64,000 bases of DNA from Mizuhopecten yessoensis. Lineage: Eukaryota. Shown here in pieces: positions 13,110 through 23,935 of the stretch. A model generated the notes under the pieces. It was not told where the DNA came from, ran no database searches, and worked only from the letters and a program-made list of their open reading frames with translations. The stretch is taken from contig NW_018407738.1 in the NCBI RefSeq assembly GCF_002113885.1, positions 85,563 through 149,562 on the forward strand, read 5' to 3'. The translations under genes were made by a program, and so were the position numbers. How positions within the stretch are numbered: the first letter of the stretch is position 1; each line of letters starts with the position of its first letter.

Positions 13110-15975
13110 TATAAGGTTCACATTAGTCTGTTTAAATATCTTAGTAGAATCACAATGGGTCTGTTTAAATATCCTAGTAGAATCAAATAAGCCTGGTTAG
13201 ATATCCTAGTAGAATTACAATAGTCTGTTTAGATATCCTAGTAGAATTACAATAGTCTGTTTAGATATCCTTGTAGTATCACATAAACTGTTTAGATATC
13301 CTAATAAAATGGCATTTGTCTGTTTAGATATCCTAGTAGAATCACAAAAGTATGTTTAGATATCCCAGTAGAATCACATAAATCTGTTTAGATATCTAAG
13401 TAGAATCACATTAGTCTGTATAGATATCTGAGTAGAATCCTATTAGTTTGTTTAGATATCCTAGTAGAATCACATTAGCCTGGTTAGATATCCTAGTAGA
13501 ATCACAATAGTCTGTTAAGATATCATAGTAGTTTAGATATCTAAGTAGAATCATAAAATTCTGTTTATATATCCTAGCAGAATCACATCTCTCTGTTTAG
13601 ATATCCTAGTAGAATTACAAGTCTGTTTAGATATCCTAGTAGAATCACAAAAGTCTGTTTATATATCCTGTAAGAATGGCATTGGTCTGTTTAGATATCT
13701 TAGTATAATCACATTGGTCTGTTTAGATATCTTAGTAGAATCCCATTAATCTGTTTAAATATCTTAGTAGAATCCTATTAGTCTGTTTAGATATCTTAGT
13801 AGTTAAGATAACCTTGAGAATCACATTGGTCTGTTTAGATATCTTAGTAGAATCCCATTAGTCTGTTTAGATATCTAAGTAGAATCCCATTAGTCTGTTT
13901 AGATATCTAAGTAGAATCACATTAGTCTGTTTAGATATCCTTGTAGAACCACAAAGGTATGTTTATATATCCTAGTAGAATCTCAAAAGTCTGTTTATAT
14001 ATCCTAGCAGAATCACATCTGTCTGTTTATATATCCTAGTAGAATCACAAAAGTCTGTTTATATATCCTAGCAGAATCACATCTCTCTGTTTAGATATCC
14101 TAGTAGAATCACAAAAGTCTGTTTATATATCCTAGCAGAATCACATCTCTCTGTTTAGATATCCTAGTAGAATCACATTAGTCTGTTAAGATATCCTAGT
14201 AGAATCACAAAAGTCTGTTTATATATCCTAGTAGTTTAGATATCATTGTAGAACCACAAAAGTCTGTTTATATATCCTAGTAGAATCTCATCTCTCTGTT
14301 AAGATATCCTAGTAGAATCACAAAAGTCTGTTTATATATCCTGTTAGAATGGCATTGGTCTGTTTAGATATCTTAGTATAATCACATTGGTCTGTTTAGA
14401 TATCTTAGTAGAATCCCATTAGTCTGTTTAGATATCTAAGTAGAATCCCATTAGTCTGTTTAGATATCTAAGTAGAATCACATTAGTCTGTTTAGATATC
14501 CTTGTAGAACCACAAAGGTATGTTTATATATCCTAGTAGAATCTCAAAAGACTGTTTATATATCCTAGCAGAATCACAATAGTCTGTTTATATATCCTAG
14601 CAGAATCACATCTCTCTGCTTAGATATCCTAGTAGAATCACATTAGTCTGTTTATATATCCTAGCAGAATCTCAAAAGTCTGTTTATATATCCTAGCAGA
14701 ATCACAATAGTCTGTTTATATATCCTAGCAGAATCACATCTCTCTGTTTAGATATCCTAGTAGAATCACATTAGTCTGTTTATATATCCTAGCAGAATCA
14801 CAAAAGTCTGTTTATATATCCTAGCAGAATCACATCTCTCTGTTTAGATATCCTAGTAGAATCACAAAAGTCTGTTTATATATCCTAGCAGAATCACATC
14901 TCTCTGTTTAGATATCCTAGTAGAATCACAAAAGTCTGTTTATATATCCTAGCAGAATCACATCTCTCTGTTTAGATATCCTAGTAGAATCACAAAAGTC
15001 TGTTTATATATCCTAGCAGAATCACATCTCTCTGTTTATATATCCTAGTAGAATCACAAAAGTCTGTTTATATATCCTAGCAGAATCACATCTCTCTGTT
15101 TAGATATCCTAGTAGAATCACAAAAGTCTGTTTATATATCCTAGCAGAATCACATCTCTCTGTTTATATATCCTAGTAGAATCACAAAAGTCTGTTTATA
15201 TATCCTAGCAGAATCACATCTCTCTGTTTAGATATTTAAGTAGAATAACAAAAGTCTGTTTATATATCCTAGTAGAATCACATCTCTCTGTTTAGATATT
15301 TAAGTAGAATAACAAAAGTCTGTTTATATATCCTAGTAGAATCACATTAGTCTGTTAAGATATCCTAGTAGTTTAGATATCCTTGTAGAATCAAATAAGT
15401 TTGTTTAGATATCCTTGTAGAATCTCATCTCTCTGTTTAGATATCCTAGTAGAATCACAAAAGTCTGTTTATATATCCTAGCAGAATCACATCTCTCTGT
15501 TTAGATATCCTAGTAGAATCACAATAGTGTGTTTAGATATCCTATTTGAATCCCATTAGTCAGTTTAGATATCCTAGTAGAATCACATAAGTCAGTTTAG
15601 ATATCCTAGTAGAATCACATTAGTCTATTTAGATATCCTGTCATTCTACTAGGATATCTAAACAGACTATTGTTATTCTAATAGGATATATAAACAGACT
15701 TTTGTTATTCTAATAGGATATATAAACAGACTTTTGTGATTCTACTTAGATATCTAAACAGAGAGATGAGATTCTACTAGGATATCTAAACATACTTTTG
15801 TGATTCTACAACGATATATAAACTACTTTGATATCTTAACAGACTATTGTGATTCTACTAGGATATCTAAACAGAGAGATGTGATTCTACTAGGATATCT
15901 AAACAGAGAGATGAGATTCATTAGTTTGTATAGATATCCTAGTAGAATGTCATTAATCTGTTTAGATGTTATTTC
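13110..15975. repeat. 32-bp satellite (GTTTAGATATCCTAGTAGAATCACATTAGTCT) with a 64-bp dimer zone and an inverted block at ~15641-15918
   Basis: About 85-90 units. CACAAAAG and CACATCTC variants alternate at ~14790-15240. Reverse-complement units (ATTCTACTAGGATATCTAAACAGAC) start at 15643. Confidence 0.95.
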
Positions 15976-17276
15976 TACTAATTAATCGGGTCAATTTAAT
16001 TATATGGAGTTCGGGTAAAACTAACATTGTAGTATAGGTTATTCGCATTAAACATTAGCCTCCAGAAACTTTCTTTATGTCTGGAAACGGATTAACGAGT
16101 TTTATACATGCAGCAATGGTAGGATTAAATCTGGATTAAGAGAACCCATTGCAAGGCTGGTACAAATGTCTTAGTTCATATAATGTATGTGATACTTATT
16201 TAGCACTTAGAAACAATCCAATTAGTCTATTGGAGTCAATCCGGATGTCCGTTAACTCGGAATCTGATAATTTCCGTACTGAGAACAATTTTTTTCCAAA
16301 TAGAAAAAAAAATCAAAATAAGACTGCAATAGCATCTGCTACAGCGAAGTGCTGGATTGTCGAAATCCGGGATAATGAGGTTTCTCGGTAGTGTTTTATA
16401 TGTGTTCCACTGTAGTGGATCGTGTAGCTATATACATGCAACGCTGTACTGATGCTGACGTTGCCGTGTACACCTATATGGTGAAGGTATGTTGTAGGTG
16501 TCCCTCAAAGCGATATCTATACATCTACAGGAAGTCTCGGAGATAAATCACGATAATTTACAAACTTGTGTAAGGCTTGTTATATGTGTCGGGAATACAC
16601 CTACAGAGGTCATGACCTTGTGACGTGAATGTTTGCCTCGAAGTCGTTGTTTGTCTTTTCCTAACATAACAACAATTGTATACAAAATTATTTCAAACTA
16701 ACAACAAGGCTGTTTTAATTTTCGAATTTGTTAGTTACTGCAAAAGTTTCTCTATACAGGTTCCATGCTTTTGGTTAATTTCATTTTACATTTATTGACA
16801 TTTCATCCAAAGATGTACATCACGGGATTCAAAATAATCTTCATCAGATACCATTAAATTCCTTGATGCCATTAAATTCATTAAATTCCTTGATACCATT
16901 AAATTCCTTGTGGTTAGATAGAGATAGGTAAACAATTACACGTATCACTAAGTGAGAACCCGCCATACACAAATCTGCATTACTGAAAAGTGTTTTAACA
17001 ATATTTTATTGACAACATTAATACAATTTGCTGAGCATGTAAATTATCAATTGGCCTTAATAACTGTCACAAATTGAGAAAGCTTTGGTTAACGTGAATG
17101 CATGCATAACATAACAAACAGATGTACAATCTTTGATAGAAGATACTGTTACAAAAATATTGTGATAAGTATTCATATACAAACAGTATTTGTAAATTAT
17201 TAATTACTAGCGAAGCAAAATACGATACAAAAATACCTTTATACCATACTTAACTTTTTAAAATAGTTTATTTCAT

Positions 17277-19190
17277 TTAGTCCATTTCTTCCACAGTTGG
17301 ACCACCACTTCTACCACCATCGGATTGACCTTGACCTTTACCTTGGTTTTGACCTCCGCCGTGAAGTTTGGCCATCATTGGAGAGCACACACTTTGAACA
17401 TCCTTCATTTTGAAGTCGTACTCCTCCTTGTCTGCCAACATATTAGCCTCTAACCACTTAAGAGTTTCCTCACACTTAGTGAGGGCTGATGTTTTCTCCT
17501 CCTGTGTCAGTTTGTCACCCGCTGTTTCATTAATTGCCATCCTCACACTGAATACATAGTTCTCGAGAGCGTTCCTAGAAGAAACTGACTGTCTCTGTTT
17601 CTCGTCCGCCTCGCGATATGTTTCAGCTTCAGACACCATTCGGTCAATTTCTGACTTACTAAGTCGTCCTTTGTCGTTCGTGATGGTGATTTTGTTCGAT
17701 TTTCCGGTGCTCTTATCCTCAGCTGACACGTTTAGAATGCCGTTCGCGTCAATGTCAAAGGTGACGTCAATCTGAGGCACACCACGGGGGGCGGGAGGGA
17801 TGCCGTTAAGATCAAACTTTCCGAGGAGGTTGTTATCCTTGGTCATAGCTCTCTCGCCCTCGTACACCTGTATATGGACCCCTGGCTGGTTGTCCGCGTA
17901 CGTCGTAAACGTTTTCGACGTTTTACACGGGATTCGACTGTTTCGCTCGATAAGGTTTGTCATAACGCCACCAGCTGTCTCGATACCGAGGGACAAGGGT
18001 GCAACGTCCACCAAGAGCACGTCCTTGATGGCGCTGCTGGTATCGCCGGAGAGCACAGCCGCCTGGACGGCCGCCCCGTACGCCACCGCTTCGTCTGGGT
18101 TTATAGATTTATTCAGTTCTTTGCCGTTCATGAAATCTTGCAGCAGCTTTTGAATCTTAGGGATACGAGTTGAACCACCTACAAGAACGATATCGTGGAT
18201 TTTAGTCTTGTCGAGTTTGGCATCGGTCAGCGCTCGTTCCACAGGATCGATGGTGGTTCTGAATAAGTCCGAGCAAAGCTCCTCAAATCTCGCACGGGAA
18301 ATTTTAGTGTAAAAGTCAATCCCTTCGAACAACGAATCGATTTCTACACTTGCCTCTGAACTGCTAGATAGCGTACGCTTTGCTCTCTCGCAGGCCGTCC
18401 TCAGCCGACGGATGGCGCGAGGGTTCCTGCTCATATCCTTGTTGTGTTTGCGCTTGAACTCGTTAATGAAGAAAGTTACCAACCTGTTGTCAAAGTCTTC
18501 ACCACCAAGATGGGTGTCTCCGGCTGTCGAACGTACTTCAAACATGGAACCCTCGTCGATGGTAAGAATCGATACATCGAATGTACCACCACCAAGATCG
18601 TAAATAAGGACATTTTTCTCGCCGCTGAGGTTTTTATCAAGGCCGTATGCCAGGGCTGCGGCCGTAGGTTCGTTGATAATACGAAGCACGTTAAGTCCAG
18701 TGATGGCGCCAGCGTCCTTTGTCGCCTGACGCTGAGAGTCATTGAAATACGCGGGAACGGTAACGACGGCGTCCTTCACTTTTTTACCAAGATATGCTTC
18801 CGCTGTTTCCTTCATTTTCGTCAACACCATTGAACTTATTTCCTCCGCGCTGAACACCTTGGTTTCATTTTTAAATTGTACTTGGATTAAAGGTGTACCG
18901 CCCTTGTTGATAACCTTAAATGACCAGTTTTTCATGTCTGATTGAACGGAGGCGTCGTCAAACTTCCTACCTATGAGTCTCTTGGCGTCAAAAACCGAGT
19001 TACTGGGGTTCATGGCTACCTGGTTTTTCGCGGCATCCCCAATAAGTCGCTCGGTGTCAGTAAAGGCCACATAGCTGGGAGTTGTCCGGTTCCCTTGTTC
19101 GTTAGCGATAATCTCAACCTTCCCGTGTTGAAAAACCGCCACACATGAATATGTGGTACCCAAATCGATCCCTATCGCCGGGGCAGACAT
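17277..19190 (-). CDS. HSP70: Heat shock protein 70, intronless inducible cytosolic type (637 aa)
   Basis: Full ORF with the HSP70 signatures [22 protein letters not shown] and [15 protein letters not shown], and C-terminal GPTVEEMD. No introns. AATAAA on - strand at 17005-17010. Confidence 0.98.
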   Translation of the reverse strand: MSAPAIGIDLGTTYSCVAVFQHGKVEIIANEQGNRTTPSYVAFTDTERLIGDAAKNQVAMNPSNSVFDAKRLIGRKFDDASVQSDMKNWSFKVINKGGTPLIQVQFKNETKVFSAEEISSMVLTKMKETAEAYLGKKVKDAVVTVPAYFNDSQRQATKDAGAITGLNVLRIINEPTAAALAYGLDKNLSGEKNVLIYDLGGGTFDVSILTIDEGSMFEVRSTAGDTHLGGEDFDNRLVTFFINEFKRKHNKDMSRNPRAIRRLRTACERAKRTLSSSSEASVEIDSLFEGIDFYTKISRARFEELCSDLFRTTIDPVERALTDAKLDKTKIHDIVLVGGSTRIPKIQKLLQDFMNGKELNKSINPDEAVAYGAAVQAAVLSGDTSSAIKDVLLVDVAPLSLGIETAGGVMTNLIERNSRIPCKTSKTFTTYADNQPGVHIQVYEGERAMTKDNNLLGKFDLNGIPPAPRGVPQIDVTFDIDANGILNVSAEDKSTGKSNKITITNDKGRLSKSEIDRMVSEAETYREADEKQRQSVSSRNALENYVFSVRMAINETAGDKLTQEEKTSALTKCEETLKWLEANMLADKEEYDFKMKDVQSVCSPMMAKLHGGGQNQGKGQGQSDGGRSGGPTVEEMD

Positions 19191-19319
19191 TTTGCCTTAC
19201 GAAAACTCGAAAGTATAAGTTCGTGCTGAGCTGTACACTAGTCCGTCTGTCTCTGTATGTGAGTCGGTGTATGTTGGCCGCCTAGAAGAATGCTGATTGT
19301 AATGAAATGGTCCCGGAAG

Positions 19320-19428
19320 CTATATACATCTCTGGGCACCTACGCACACACACACAAACTATGTAGGTCCATCGCTCACGTTCTAGTATATTCTGGCGCT
19401 CGGCACCTTCGGCGATTTTCCAGAATCA
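19320..19428 (-). promoter_or_regulatory. HSP70 promoter: TATA box and heat-shock elements
   Basis: TATATA at 19321-19326 (~130 bp upstream of ATG). Imperfect HSEs at ~19380-19394 (aGAAt aTACt aGAAc on -) and ~19413-19427 (cGATt tTTCc aGAAt); another TTCCAGAA at ~19599. Confidence 0.7.
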
Positions 19429-22400
19429 CGCGTGATGACGATTTATAACTCCCGTACTTACTTTTTGTTACTTGTGATATAGATATATGTATGTGAAGCA
19501 TGCCTGCTTTGACTCAGCATATATATATATATCAAGAATGTCTGTTTTCATGTCATCTTTAGAATCATCAACTGATACTACATGAAATAGAAAATACTTT
19601 CCAGAAAACGCATGAGGTCGTAACCCTTAATCCACATTACGTTTAAATTCAAAGGGTTTTGATGTTACTAATTATATATCTATACATATATATATGTATG
19701 GACAACCCTCAGCTAGATATGTATGGACAACCCTCAGCTAGTAATACTTGTGTAACATATATACCTGTTTGTGATTACTTATATCACGGAATTAGATTGT
19801 TATCTAAGTCCGTGCTTATGTGCTGCTTTGGTTTTGTACCTTTATTGTTTTTACCTGTTAAACTATCCTGCGATATTTGCTTGCTATTTCTTACACTAAC
19901 TAGCTTTAAAATTGCCTACATGCTGTTTATCCTTATCATTTCTTACTTGTATCCATAATTTGTCTTAAAACTAGCACTACAGTGCTAATATTTATTGTTT
20001 TAAATATGCGACGTTAAATAAGAATTCTTATATCTTCTATATTGTATGTAATAAAATATACCGACGGCGGGACGTGACCTTATACACAACTGCTATTTTG
20101 TCCATCCCCTGATCACTACACCACTGTATACAAATTGTATGCCTGTTTTTTTGTTTTTGTAATTAACATATTCTCTATTGAGCCCCGGTTGTTATTATGC
20201 TAAGAAAATGTTGTCTCCTTATCTGTTTTCCGATAGCCACGGTACACTTAGGTGAGGTAATTTTACAAGAGCTGTCCATCTTCCGATAATTTATTTATCT
20301 TGTACTTTCTAATAATTTACAGAAGTATACTGTCCATTTATAGGCACTATATATATCTATGCGATGTACAATATTATGCTTCATTCATGATGTTATAATT
20401 ATTTGGTATTTTATATCACTGATGTATCAATTATACGTTGCTGTGTATGCTTATGAGCCGTAAGGCTTCAAGTTGAATAAACAATACAATACAATACAAT
20501 CGACTAAATTACCTGGGTATCAGACAAAGATTCACCGGAATCATGTACTGTACATTGGTCTATATATAGCTATATGAACACAATAACTTAATAACTATTG
20601 TAGCACAGGGGTCAGTCACCTTATTGATAACCTTAAAAGTACCTTTTCCCTAGCTAGCTCGTGCGGCCATACCTGTAAACGTGCTCAAAGATACGAGCAT
20701 TCTTCCCTAACATTTACATTTTGTACCTCTCGTTGTTTGAGATGAAGGAAACACTATGTCGTAAATATGTAAATTTTATTATTGTTTGGTGTTTTCAATT
20801 CATCGTTTGTTATATGTTTGTATAGGTCATATGACGACAGGGAGCATGTCTGTGAGCCCAAAACTGAACCGTACCCTAAACGGGAAACTGGTGGAATTTG
20901 GCATTAAGAAGTACAGTGTTTTTATGGTTGTTTTAATTATTTTTTTACTAAAATAATAATAATCTGCCAATTATAAATTGTATATGGAGACAATTTGAGA
21001 TTGGATTTTTTTTTAATTTCCTGTTTATATTGATCATTTATTTATCCGACGATGACAAAAGTGTGCGTTTCACTATATTTACAGCATTTTACACCAGTTC
21101 AGGACACTGATAGGATATTACGTTCTGTTAATAGAACCAAGTCCTAAAAGTGACAAATTGTAATAGGACTTGAAAGAAAGAGGATTGGTACTGGCATTTG
21201 CAAAAACCGGCGGAAGAATATTTTTTTTACATCTTAACGACTGTGTTCTGTAACATTTTTTCGTTCGAAAAACACCCGTCGATATTCTTCTTTTGAAACA
21301 GAAACATATAAGCCAATAACATTAAATATCTACGTATATTGTCCCTGGTATACCATCTAAATTATTAGCCCGAGTTTCCTCTGGCCTGACACCAGACATT
21401 TTGACAGATGGATGATTCAATCAATAAAACGATGGTTTGGTGTTCCATTTCTTATCCTAAACCAGAAACGCATATACATGTAGTTTCAGGCATTTTTTTG
21501 TGTGTGTTCACTGCCTACATTTACGTGTACGAACATATACGTTAACGTTGCGAAAATGGCGCTAGCGTGGTCCGATACTTGTGACGTTGCTACATTGTAC
21601 ATGCATGTGGTAAGACGTTTTAATTCAATTCAAGTATATTTGTTAAAAGGTACATCATAACAATTTCATACAGTACCCAATACATGTTTTGGCACTTATA
21701 ATTGATATGGCTGATTACATTATAAAACATAGTAATGTAAAATTATATAAGTCTCTAAAAAAGTAGTTATCACAATTTTATAAATTACATGGTAGGTATA
21801 TATAGGTAGGTTATTCGTACGAAAAATTAAATAACTAAAATATATGTTGCCCTTAAAACCAGGATTACCCAGAAAGCCCTAGGGGAACATTTTTAGTTCA
21901 ATATGTACATTTATGTCTATTTTAAATTGATTAAGATTAGATGGTCTTTTTGCTGCGGTTTTCTTGTTAAGTCAAAGCAGAGAACACGAATCTTTAACCT
22001 GATCAACTTTACAGTTTTTTAACGTACAGTCCACTTTAATACTATTAGTGCGCATGGGCCACCGGAAGTTTACATCGACATGTGAAAACCTGTCAACATC
22101 CAAACAAATCTTGCAAGAATAATCTAGACGGTTACAAGTGTTGTAAGTAAATATTTCTGTGATAAGAATCTATGGATGAAACTCCAATGAATCATATTTG
22201 TTGAATCAGGAAATACGATTCTTTCTCATCACAACACGTCGTAGTCCAACAGAAATAGTAACCCGGTCGATCCTGTGTACCAGTTTTCTGGTTTTGTAGG
22301 ACCGGTACAGGTATCTTCATCTTTATACCTTCCTCCGTCAATATCGACGATTACGGAAGTTCCAGTATACGTAGTGGACGGGTAAAAATATGCACGAGTA

Positions 22401-22452
22401 AAGCTAAAGCGTGCTTTTTTTGCTTATGGCACGATGGTTTTCCCCTGTACCT

Positions 22453-22542
22453 TAATTCCTGTTGGAACTCGATCTAAATCAGAGATTTATAACGATAGAT
22501 CGTTATAAATCTATGATTTAGATAGAGTTCCTACAGGAATTA
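22453..22542. repeat. 90-bp near-perfect DNA palindrome (probable MITE)
   Basis: TAATTCCTGT.GGAACTC.ATCTAAATCA.AGATTTATAACGAT|AG|mirror, with 3 transversion mismatches. Confidence 0.75.
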
Positions 22543-22835
22543 CTTGTACCTGTGCCTGTGGGTTTTATCTGCCACGAAAACAGCATTCACTTACATGTAG
22601 AGGAATAATATAAACTATATCTCCCTACATTATTTCTGTATACACTAGGCCCATATATATAGGCTTGTGTGTGATGTTAAGATGGAATTCATAACTGATC
22701 AGAGGTGTATATGATGAAGAATGTTTTACTAGTACAAAACTTTTGTCTGATGTAGCCACCTAGAACGAATATTCATACCCTGCCTACTCTCAGCTCCGGC
22801 AGGAATGTAGCAGAACTAGACTAGGTCAATCATCG

Positions 22836-22903
22836 GCACCAGGTAGCTCAATTGGTAGAGCGTCCGTCTAGAGTTCAGAGGGTCCCCATTCCGAACCGCA
22901 GTC
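22836..22903 (+). mobile_element. tRNA-like SINE head fragment
   Basis: GTAGCTCAATTGGTAGAGCG A-box/D-arm with a decayed T-arm (ATTCCGAACC). Confidence 0.5.
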
Positions 22904-23935
22904 TAATAGACTTAGACAAAATTGATATTGCGAAAATCAAGATTTAGTGTATAATAACAGAGCTCCTAAATGTATATATACATGTTACTAAAAGCCAGCC
23001 TTCCCAATCTCCAATATATTCATAAAATTCTCCTGAGTCCCTAAGCCTTAAATTGAAGGTATATAAGCAAGAGAAAACATTAATTGGTACAACCTATGAC
23101 AAGTTACAATTCCAGATTACGATAAATGTACAGCCATATTGTTATTTCAGTGCATCATAGTATTCTGGCCATGGGCATTAACATTATTTTCTACAAATGT
23201 TTACATTTTGTTGCTGAACACAAAAATACTGACATTTTATTGAGACTTACTATAAATGGTATATTTTCAGCATGTCATGGTTAGTTTCATTTACAATGCC
23301 CCCAAAGTGATATTTGTGCAACATAAGAACTAAGTGATGTAAAAGTGTTAAATATCAAAAACTGTGCTGAATCATACTATAAAAATGAGTTTTAGAAAAC
23401 ACATGATCGCTATATTTGAGTGATAGATTTTACCATTTATCTGAGCAGACTGAGACATAGTTTTGAAATTTGGGTCTTCCAGAAGCCATAAGACCACTAC
23501 AAATGTGTAAACACAAAATTTGAAAATGCTCCAGATGTTACTTGATTGATTAAATTACAAGTGCTTTATATATATATATATATTTATATATAAAGAGTCG
23601 GAAGAATCTCCTAGAAGAGATGAAAGTACTAAAGACTCGTTGTTGAGGATTTTTCTTTTTATAATATTTCTTCATCTATAAGGGTAATTGTTCTGCTTAT
23701 ATAATATATATATATATATATATATAGGTGCCCTAAAAACCCTGACTGCTGTACATGTAAGACATGCTTTTAACCATGATCTCAAAAATAAAATAAAATG
23801 TTAACCATATTGACTCATTTTGCTTTTCAGATGCCTTCTCATTCTGATACACATCGATAAACTCCACTTGAATGATCTGAAGAAGTTGGCCTGTGACCCC
23901 ATCAGTCAAGTCAAGAAAAAAGAGTATTTGTCAGG

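Noticed and set aside
13110-15975. CRISPR-like look (constant core plus variable segment) of the 32-bp, 38-bp and 51-bp arrays
   Set aside because: Variable parts are only a few nt and are reused, there are no unique spacers or cas genes, and the context is eukaryotic intron-containing DNA.
17800-19148. Several antisense and alternate-frame ORFs over HSP70
   Set aside because: Shadow ORFs of a GC-richer coding sequence.
21850-22440. Possible decayed coding relic (LINE ORF1-like) on - strand
   Set aside because: Multiple stops and no motif I can assign with confidence.
22836-22903. Possible tRNA gene
   Set aside because: The T-arm/B-box is degenerate and the acceptor stem does not pair; better explained as a SINE head.
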